Shown: positions 57,367-64,000 of the stretch, piece by piece | Position numbering within the stretch: the first letter of the stretch is position 1 | Layout of the letters: the number at the start of each line of letters is the position of its first letter | Source: a virus | Direction: 5' to 3' (one strand) | Virus record (IMG/VR): IMGVR_UViG_3300023083_000001 | Location: 14,199-78,198 of that record | DNA length: 64,000 bases | Notes under the pieces: generated by a model | Seen by the model: the letters and a program-made list of their open reading frames with translations, nothing else | Told to the model about the DNA's origin: nothing | Database searches by the model: none | Translations under genes and position numbers: made by a program

Positions 57367-57701
57367 TAGACTACCTCGTTCCCGTTCGCTGGAAAGTCAG
57401 GCAGATCCACGGTTTGGTTTGCCAGTGGGTGCCAGCAGTCTGACAAGAACTGCAACTTACCATCCGTCAGAAAGAGATGGCAGATCTTGCTAGTACCGTC
57501 CTCTACAGTAGGTGGTAGTGTGGTCTTGATGCTAGGTGTGAAGGTAGGCTTGTCGTAGTCCTTATTAAAGCCCCACGCACACTGTGAGGGGTTATCGGGA
57601 TGTTCTACTGTGACGCTGTGTTTGACTTCACAACCTGGACACCAGAACTGAATGATGTACCCGTGGAAGCTCTGCAACTTGGGAGACAGTGTAGCGTACA
57701 T
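57366..57701 (-). CDS. small Zn-binding-type protein (CPGC...CH...DCWH), paralog B
   Basis: shares the CPGC, ICHLF/CHAF and FLSDC/FLDDC motifs with the downstream gene. Confidence 0.5.
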   Translation of the reverse strand: MYATLSPKLQSFHGYIIQFWCPGCEVKHSVTVEHPDNPSQCAWGFNKDYDKPTFTPSIKTTLPPTVEDGTSKICHLFLTDGKLQFLSDCWHPLANQTVDLPDFPANGNEVV

Positions 57702-57728
57702 GTCTGATATGTCCTTAAAGAGAGGTGT

Positions 57729-58559
57729 GTGATGTTAGCTGTTCTAATCAAAGGTAATCCTAAATTCATAAACACCGATCAAGCTCGTAATTATTATCAG
57801 GAGATTATCAACTTCCTCCAAAACTTAGGTTTTAAAGTTGAAGTGAACGCTGGCTCTGATTACACACGCCCACGTCAAGATGCTGCTCTTTACATTGGCC
57901 ACTCTCGAGGCGCTGGCCGATATGAGTTCATGGACGAAAAGAACCAGCTTAAGTTTTTGAGGTTCGGTGATCCTGACGGAATTATCGATCCGGTTGATCG
58001 TAAGTGGCAAGCCGAGAATCCACCACCTACTAATCAACACCCACCTAAGGAACACTTCATCTTCTCGAAACAACAACAAGACGCAATATTGGATAAGGTT
58101 CGTCAGCTTGGATTGGATGTCTCCACTGAATCTGTTCTACCTAATCTAAAGGAGGATGCTGATCGCTTGGTCGCACTGGCGATGAAGGATGAGTTCCTGG
58201 GACCCAAAGCATTGGAACGCCACATGGATAATCTTACCATGATCCAATTCAAGGGTAAGAACGTGGGGTTCATGGTGCCGTTCAAAGAAGCCGATGGACG
58301 TTACCGGGCAGGTAGCATCTACATCGAACCTGAGTACCGTAATAAAGGTTTGGCGACTACCCACATCAGCGAATGGTTTCGCAACCGTCGGGGTCGTGCG
58401 TGGATCGAACCCAAGAATGCTGCGAGTCAGAAGATCTTCAAACAGGCAGGTTTCTACAAGACTGGGCGAACGCAAAAGGGTAAGTCTGGCCGCACTTTTG
58501 ATGAGTGGGTAAACAATGGAATGCCCGCGACTAACGGCGCTGCGGTGTGGGGTTGGTAA
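57729..58559 (+). CDS. fusion of an alpha/beta-hydrolase-like N-domain (GHSRG) and a C-terminal GNAT acetyltransferase
   Basis: nucleophile elbow IGHSRGAG; GNAT motif A YRNKGLATTHISEW; markedly lower GC than the flanks. Confidence 0.6.
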   Translation: MMLAVLIKGNPKFINTDQARNYYQEIINFLQNLGFKVEVNAGSDYTRPRQDAALYIGHSRGAGRYEFMDEKNQLKFLRFGDPDGIIDPVDRKWQAENPPPTNQHPPKEHFIFSKQQQDAILDKVRQLGLDVSTESVLPNLKEDADRLVALAMKDEFLGPKALERHMDNLTMIQFKGKNVGFMVPFKEADGRYRAGSIYIEPEYRNKGLATTHISEWFRNRRGRAWIEPKNAASQKIFKQAGFYKTGRTQKGKSGRTFDEWVNNGMPATNGAAVWGW

Positions 58560-58860
58560 TTGTACTGTATTATATGAGAAAAGTGCGATTTGGGCGAATT
58601 GTCTCTTGACTCACATCTGACAGTTGCTGGCCTCCTGGCTGTCAGGTAACCGAAGACCGAGATATCCTCCTTGGTCTTGACACAGGTGTTTACGGGTTCA
58701 CCTGTGTCTTGCGCGGGCTATGAGTGCTCAGCCGTGAGAGCGTTGTTTTGCGAGGATACGCAGCGCTCTCACGGAAGACTCCTCCTTCCCCTAGTGTGGC
58801 TCTTCATCTGGCACCAAGTAAAGCACCGGTCGGGTAACTGGCCGGTGCTTTATGCCGCAT
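58560..58860 (+). other. structured non-coding region with several long hairpins (candidate ncRNA or regulatory leader)
   Basis: GACAG..CTGTC, GACACAGGTG..CACCTGTGTC (10 bp) and CCGTGAGAGCG..CGCTCTCACGG (11 bp) hairpins, then the terminator GCACCGG..CCGGTGC. Confidence 0.35.
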
Positions 58861-58938
58861 GGGGTATCTTAATCAACTTTTCTACAGTCATACATTGTAG
58901 ATGGGAATAGGTACAACTAACGACCGAGGAGGTCTGTA
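58861..58938 (+). promoter_or_regulatory. regulatory cassette: AGTCATACATTGTAGAT box plus GACCGAGGAGGTC SD hairpin
   Basis: near-duplicate of 49797..49851. Confidence 0.5.
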
Positions 58939-59259
58939 ATGATGTCGAGAGGAGGATCTCGTAGGCGAAGCTCTTTCGATGACCCTAACGAGGAGATTGA
59001 ATTTGAAACAGACTTCAATCCAGAAGAGTTCATCAACTGGCTGGAAACTGTAATCGACAACATCGTCTCTGAACTGACAAGACTACAACGTCAGAACAAT
59101 GATGACATCGTCGATGGAAGAAGTCCAAGGTTACGCGACGCGGATGAAATTACGATCCAGTTGTGCGACCTGTGTAAACTCAAACATGACGTAAAGGCCT
59201 ACACTGCCAAGTCAGGTCTGCGTCAAGCAAGCAACTATCTTAACCGTAAACTAGGTTAA
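58939..59259 (+). CDS. hypothetical small protein, 106 aa
   Basis: ATG three nt after the SD hairpin. Confidence 0.5.
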   Translation: MMSRGGSRRRSSFDDPNEEIEFETDFNPEEFINWLETVIDNIVSELTRLQRQNNDDIVDGRSPRLRDADEITIQLCDLCKLKHDVKAYTAKSGLRQASNYLNRKLG

Positions 59260-59281
59260 TCTTTGTCCGAGGAGGACTACC

Positions 59282-59602
59282 ATGAATGGCATTATCAAAC
59301 TCGCTGTAACTGTTACCGGTGTAGCTGCAACTGGCTACGGTCTGTACCGACTGGGTATCTGGTGTAAGAAAGCTTACGACAAGGCTCTGGCTGACTTGAA
59401 TCGTGAGATCAATGACGTCATCAGTAACATCGAAATTCTGTCGACCAAAGACGGTAAGACCATCAGTGCCGATCGGCAAGCTGTGATCGACTTAGCCAGA
59501 ACTGAGATGGCAGCAGACATGCCAGAGTTAAAACGTCTGGACAACATGCTGGTTCATCTGCGTAATGTGTTGCACAACATCATTCACGACATCGCCGGTT
59601 GA
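59282..59602 (+). CDS. hypothetical small protein, 106 aa
   Basis: preceded by GTCCGAGGAGGAC. Confidence 0.5.
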   Translation: MNGIIKLAVTVTGVAATGYGLYRLGIWCKKAYDKALADLNREINDVISNIEILSTKDGKTISADRQAVIDLARTEMAADMPELKRLDNMLVHLRNVLHNIIHDIAG

Positions 59603-59668
59603 TACCAACCCTTGGGGTGAGGAAACTCACCTCTACTAATTCTGACTTCAAAGACCGAGGAGGTCATC

Positions 59669-60010
59669 ATGGAAATTCAAGATCAATCCGTTGTAAGCGC
59701 TATCCACCACTTCAAGAAAGAAGACGGTCATGACGCTGAGGGTACTATCTTTCAACGTTACGAATACGACAGCACCATCACCGGTAAGAAAGAAGTCCAC
59801 TGGAACATCGCTCGCAACTTGAAGCTGACTCCTGAAGACGTGTATGTGCGCGTCTACAATGAAGACGGTACGATCGACCGTTACGTCGCCATGCCTTTCA
59901 TTCAGTATGCGCTGCGTGAAGACATCAAGCTCAGCACGAACATCGTTCGTGATCTGGACAAGATCAAAGCCGCCATGCAAGAGTTCGAAGATTTACGCAA
60001 GACGGCATAA
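59669..60010 (+). CDS. hypothetical small protein, 113 aa
   Basis: preceded by GACCGAGGAGGTC at 59654. Confidence 0.5.
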   Translation: MEIQDQSVVSAIHHFKKEDGHDAEGTIFQRYEYDSTITGKKEVHWNIARNLKLTPEDVYVRVYNEDGTIDRYVAMPFIQYALREDIKLSTNIVRDLDKIKAAMQEFEDLRKTA

Positions 60011-60011
60011 A

Positions 60012-60051
60012 ACACAGGGACCTTCGGGTCCCTGTTGTACCTTCTTTTTTT
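60012..60051 (+). terminator. rho-independent terminator
   Basis: ACAGGGACC-TTCG-GGTCCCTGT followed by T7. Confidence 0.7.
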
Positions 60052-60292
60052 GTTTACGGATGTATCTATATACTATGTAACGACAGTTGCCCTCGACTCA
60101 ACTACCGTTAGCTCTTTCACAATTTGCGTCTCCCTGATACTGGCTTTTGGCCTTCCTTCATAGACAACCCGCACCGCTGGTATCCAGCCCAGCATCTTAA
60201 TAAGTACCCTACTGAAGGTTCGGTACGTCGTGTACGTCGTTTGTACACACAACAAGAATAACTGCCAGCCTTCGGGCTGGCTTTTATGCTGC
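60052..60292 (+). ncRNA. candidate small RNA locus bounded by two terminators
   Basis: about 240 nt without a credible ORF; ends in GCCAGCC-TTCG-GGCTGGC followed by TTTTATGC. Confidence 0.3.
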
Positions 60293-60342
60293 ATGTATTA
60301 GATGTACCTCACACAGACCATTGCAGTATGGAGATTCACTAT

Positions 60343-60964
60343 GGATACAACTTTCGCTCTTATCCAGCGGTACTTCATTGAGCTTTGGCGAAAGCTGCTC
60401 AATAAGAAAGCATTAAAGGATGAGGAAACCTATTCTACGTTCCGCCCGTTTCACCCCAATCCGATCGTGTTTGCGATTACGCATTACCCGGACGCTATGC
60501 TCCAAGAGGAAAAGGATCTCCTCAAAACCGCTTTTATTTCCAACGTCCTTAAGGTCGGTGGATTTGGTGGTGTCTATCGGGCCGTCAAGACAGCCGAAGC
60601 GAATCCCAACGTACCTATCGAATTCTTCAGCACTCATCGTCCGTACCTGACGATCCGTGAGTTACCTCAGCGGGGCTTGGAATTGGGCTTGAACAGTATC
60701 GCTGAGAAGTACATCAAGGGTCGTACGTATGACGATTTGTCATGGCCCGCTAACTCCATCAGTGTATTGGCCTTTGAGATCGACGAGGATGCTAACCAGG
60801 TGGTGGATGCCTGGGAGATGCCTGCGGTCTACTGGAGCCGGACAGACATGGATGGACGGCACGATCCACGACTGCTGTATATCGATTTGGCAGGTAAGGT
60901 GATCACCGGTGAAGAAGTGATGGCGAAAGCACGGTTCTTCCACGGTTCTGATCTACCCGAGTAA
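60343..60964 (+). CDS. hypothetical protein
   Basis: ATG 60343 within track ORF 60302..60964. Confidence 0.5.
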
Positions 60965-61014
60965 GTTCCCACTCCGATTGAATATGGTTTGTTCTACAAA
61001 CCAGGAGAAGGAAC

Positions 61015-61278
61015 ATGCGTAAGCTCGAAGTCATTGTAAAAGGCGAAACCGGTACCGGGAAGAGTCATCTACTCGCGATCATCGAACGTGCTTTGATAGC
61101 TGAGTACGGGCCTGACATGAAGATTACCTGTTCGGAGTTAGTCTCTGAACGTAACGCCATTGGTGGCAATTTACAGTCATGGAATCGACCTGATCCCACC
61201 AAGGTGAAAATCGATCTGGTGGAAGTTAACCTTCCCTGGATTCCAGAAGTACAATCGCACGGTATCAAGGACGAGTAA
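61015..61278 (+). CDS. hypothetical protein, 87 aa
   Basis: AGGAGAAGG SD; ORF track. Confidence 0.45.
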   Translation: MRKLEVIVKGETGTGKSHLLAIIERALIAEYGPDMKITCSELVSERNAIGGNLQSWNRPDPTKVKIDLVEVNLPWIPEVQSHGIKDE

Positions 61279-61336
61279 GCTGTGTGATGCTATGTATTGA
61301 ACTCTCTCAATGCACTTTACCACGGGTATTCTTCAA

Positions 61337-61858
61337 ATGAAAATCAACCTCGCCTTGTCCGCTCTTGCCAACGTTTTCGCTCTGCTCAATGACGCGAACC
61401 CTGGTAAAGGCTTCAGCGAAACCAACGTTACCCTCGCCGCGCCAGAAGTCGCTGCTGGTAATGGTGGCCGCAACACGTCCGTCCTGCTGACCGCCATCGT
61501 CGATGCCGGCTACAGCGGTACTGCTACCGCCAACTACACCCGTCAAGAACTGGTTGCCGGCGGCGCTATCGCTACTGCCAAAGACGTTGACGTGGCCATC
61601 CTGCCATCGGATACCGATGCCGTCATTCTGACCAAAGTGGCCACTGCACTGGGCTTGCTGGAATCGGAACTGACCATCGCCGATCTGATCGCGCCGACGT
61701 CTGAAAACAACCCAGGCACCGCCGACATCGTCGCCAACGTCGACAGCTACCTGTACGTCGGTACGTACTCGGTCACCCTGACCATCCCAGACGAAGATAT
61801 CCCACTGTCCGAAGCACTGGCAGTGAGCGATCTGAACGGTTTCGAAGCTGAAGCCTAA
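61337..61858 (+). CDS. structural protein carrying the shared N-terminal adhesin-like module
   Basis: MKINLALSALANVFALLNDANP...YSGTATANYTRQEL is homologous to the N-termini of 34180..34719 and 34735..35934. Confidence 0.5.
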   Translation: MKINLALSALANVFALLNDANPGKGFSETNVTLAAPEVAAGNGGRNTSVLLTAIVDAGYSGTATANYTRQELVAGGAIATAKDVDVAILPSDTDAVILTKVATALGLLESELTIADLIAPTSENNPGTADIVANVDSYLYVGTYSVTLTIPDEDIPLSEALAVSDLNGFEAEA

Positions 61859-61863
61859 GCACT

Positions 61864-61903
61864 GAGCATACAGCCCCGGCATCGGCCGGGGCTGTATGCT
61901 GTC
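61864..61903. terminator. bidirectional extended-stem hairpin
   Basis: GCATACAGCCCCGGC-ATC-GGCCGGGGCTGTATGC between convergent genes. Confidence 0.6.
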
Positions 61904-61910
61904 TGAGGTA

Positions 61911-62552
61911 TTACAGCGTACCCAGAACCACCGTAGTACCCGGTTGGTAATAGATACTTGTAGCAGCAACTGTCAGAGTAAATCCAGTCGCACCATTGGC
62001 AATAGCACCATTGACAATGTCGCTCTGTTCCAACTTGAGACCGTACTTGGTGTTGATCGCAGCAAGCGTTGCCCAGATGGTAGAACCTACTGTCGCCGGT
62101 AGACTCAACGTTTGACCTTCGAACGCTTCAGAGAGCAGGAAGCGGTGATAGTTGAACGTGTAGTCACCCTGATAACCCGAGGCACGTTTAGCACTCACCT
62201 TGATGTAGGTGTTCAGGTAATCAGTGGTAGTCGGGTTGACCGTAGGGTTTGCGAAACTAACGGTGTCCAGTGTCAGCGATACCGATTTCTCTTTATTGAT
62301 TGCTGCCAGTAACGCAACGATGCCGGACAACGCAAAGCTAGGACGTTTGACTTGGTCAGTCAGTGCGTAACCACTGATCCGTCGAATGTCGATCGGATCT
62401 TGCGAGGTGGTCAATGCGTAGCCGTTTACTTTACGAATTGTCAATGGGTCAACAACCGTCGCCAAAATGTAAGCTGTGGCTTTACGTATTTCTATCGTAG
62501 GTACCGGCTTGGTGGCTACGTAGACATCAGCTGATCTTAAATTGGTACTCAT
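61911..62552 (-). CDS. probable virion structural protein, 213 aa
   Basis: minus-strand run with neighbouring tail-fibre-like genes. Confidence 0.5.
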   Translation of the reverse strand: MSTNLRSADVYVATKPVPTIEIRKATAYILATVVDPLTIRKVNGYALTTSQDPIDIRRISGYALTDQVKRPSFALSGIVALLAAINKEKSVSLTLDTVSFANPTVNPTTTDYLNTYIKVSAKRASGYQGDYTFNYHRFLLSEAFEGQTLSLPATVGSTIWATLAAINTKYGLKLEQSDIVNGAIANGATGFTLTVAATSIYYQPGTTVVLGTL

Positions 62553-62563
62553 GCGCCCTCCTA

Positions 62564-63640
62564 TTAAGTGGCTGGGGTGATGACAAGTTCTAAGTTGGCC
62601 AGATCAGCCTTGGTAAATTTAGAACCGTCCAGGAGCGCCGCCAGAGAACCAACGCTTACGTTAACAGGAGTCGCACCGGCTGTCATCGCAATCGATATCG
62701 GGGATGTAGAACTACCGTTTACCGATATCGAACCACTGAGAGTCTGATCTCCCGCCGCATCTTTTGCAGAAGCCACTTTAGCATCGACACCAAGGATGGT
62801 TACGTTACCGAGTACGCTTACATCTACCTTAAGTCTCAAAGGGGTGTTGTCCGATGGAACCCCCACTTTAGGTGCTGCCAACGATGCGGTGTCTTCTCTA
62901 GATGTGTTCAACGCACCAACGACAGTAGAACCGCTCGGAGGACTGTATCCACTGCCAGAAGCACTCACCAGTGGTACCCGTTTAACCGTTATAGGTCCAA
63001 GTGGTTGAATAGGATCGTTCCCACCTGTCCCGTCATCAGTCAAGCAGTAGATGTCTGACCACGCTAACACGTCTGTAGGAGTTCCTGCGTTGTTCGAGAC
63101 CCACGCGGTAGATGGTGTTCCGCATTGTAAATAACCGTTCTTGAAACCGGCGCTTCGAAGAGCGGCCGGGATAGACACGTACCGTATGAACACACCATCG
63201 GCGTACGCACTGACTGTATTCGCTACGAAGTCGAATACAAGTTCGTAGTACCGATTGAATCCCGCGAAATCGGCGTCTGTGAATGGCGCCATGAGCGAGG
63301 CGGACGAGCCGCTCAGCACTGAGTTGAAACATAAGACGTAGGGTCCACCGAAGGTTGCAATCTTCTCCATTCTAATGCCGATGATGACCTTCACCGGTGT
63401 TACGTCACCAACGAACAATTTCAAAGGCCACATCACTGGTCCAATCAACTGTGATGGGTTCGCCGCTGGTTTACCCACGATGATGCGGTCATTGACTATC
63501 CTTGGGGCTGGAACGGTAGCGGCTGTGGAAGGAGCCACTGACGGCATGTCTGAATAAGCCAACCCGTAACCGGTGAGTGGCTCGCCTACCGAAAACCCCT
63601 CGGGTAAGTTTTCAAAGCCGAATAGCTTAAGCTTTTTCAT
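62564..63640 (-). CDS. probable tail-fibre/structural protein, 358 aa
   Basis: Ser/Thr/Gly/Val-rich beta-type sequence. Confidence 0.55.
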   Translation of the reverse strand: MKKLKLFGFENLPEGFSVGEPLTGYGLAYSDMPSVAPSTAATVPAPRIVNDRIIVGKPAANPSQLIGPVMWPLKLFVGDVTPVKVIIGIRMEKIATFGGPYVLCFNSVLSGSSASLMAPFTDADFAGFNRYYELVFDFVANTVSAYADGVFIRYVSIPAALRSAGFKNGYLQCGTPSTAWVSNNAGTPTDVLAWSDIYCLTDDGTGGNDPIQPLGPITVKRVPLVSASGSGYSPPSGSTVVGALNTSREDTASLAAPKVGVPSDNTPLRLKVDVSVLGNVTILGVDAKVASAKDAAGDQTLSGSISVNGSSTSPISIAMTAGATPVNVSVGSLAALLDGSKFTKADLANLELVITPAT

Positions 63641-63650
63641 GATGGTTCAC

Positions 63651-64000
63651 TTACCCAGTAATAAGTTTGAGTTTAGCCGCGTCCAGCTTCGCTTTGGTCC
63701 AAGCCGTGCCATCGGGAGCATTTCCAGCTACAAGAAGCGAAGTCCCGGACGCCATGACGTCACTAACTGTCAGCGAAGAAACCGCAGACTGATTAGCCCC
63801 GGATACAACTTGAGCACTGAGATTAGCCGTGCTTCCATCTTTTCTACGGGCGGTCAGATTGTAAGCTACCGCGTTGATAGTGCCAACAAAGACAGGCGCC
63901 ACAAACCCTAAGTTAGCCGTAGGGTTTGCTGGGTCAGATGTTACGATTGGGGTTGATAAACTAGCTGCATCTGTAATAACAGTGTTCAACGCAGACACGA
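63651..64000 (-). CDS. structural protein, partial (continues past the window end)
   Basis: ORF open to the window edge. Confidence 0.45.
   Translation of the reverse strand, partial: VSALNTVITDAASLSTPIVTSDPANPTANLGFVAPVFVGTINAVAYNLTARRKDGSTANLSAQVVSGANQSAVSSLTVSDVMASGTSLLVAGNAPDGTAWTKAKLDAAKLKLITG

Noticed and set aside
61307-61969. 220-aa minus-strand ORF
   Set aside because: Antisense to 61337..61858, whose N-terminus is homologous to two other structural proteins.
1-64000. CRISPR arrays, integrase/attP, restriction-modification or toxin-antitoxin pairs
   Set aside because: No regularly spaced direct repeats, no tyrosine or serine recombinase motifs, and no methyltransferase motifs were seen. 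The isolated tRNA T-arm fragments were considered as attP remnants, but no integrase is present.

Overview
This window appears to be a segment of a virulent tailed dsDNA phage genome of about 50% GC. I saw no integrase, repressor, CRISPR array or restriction-modification genes. About 58 kb is packed with short, mostly plus-strand genes separated by GC-rich hairpin terminators, many built on a conserved CATACAGCC...GGCTGTATGC stem. Recognisable products are two HTH regulators, dihydrofolate reductase, a CX5R phosphatase, a BCS1-like AAA ATPase, a ribonucleotide reductase split by a group I intron that carries an HNH endonuclease, dCTP deaminase, an SPFH/band-7 protein, a candidate i-/o-spanin pair, and Gly-rich tail-fibre-like structural proteins. 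A roughly 1 kb RNA locus holds a tRNA-Tyr, a second tRNA and further T-loop-bearing structured RNA. A minus-strand island encodes a 957-aa SNF2-family helicase flanked by two paralogous gene pairs and is followed by a low-GC hydrolase-GNAT fusion gene. Repeated regulatory cassettes recur in front of small genes: a GTCATACATTGTAGAT promoter-like box and a GACCGAGGAGGTC hairpin that places the Shine-Dalgarno sequence in its loop. Most proteins are hypothetical. Several of my base-by-base counts disagreed with the ORF track by one position, so coordinates I derived by hand (tRNAs, intron borders, motifs) should be read as +/-2 nt.
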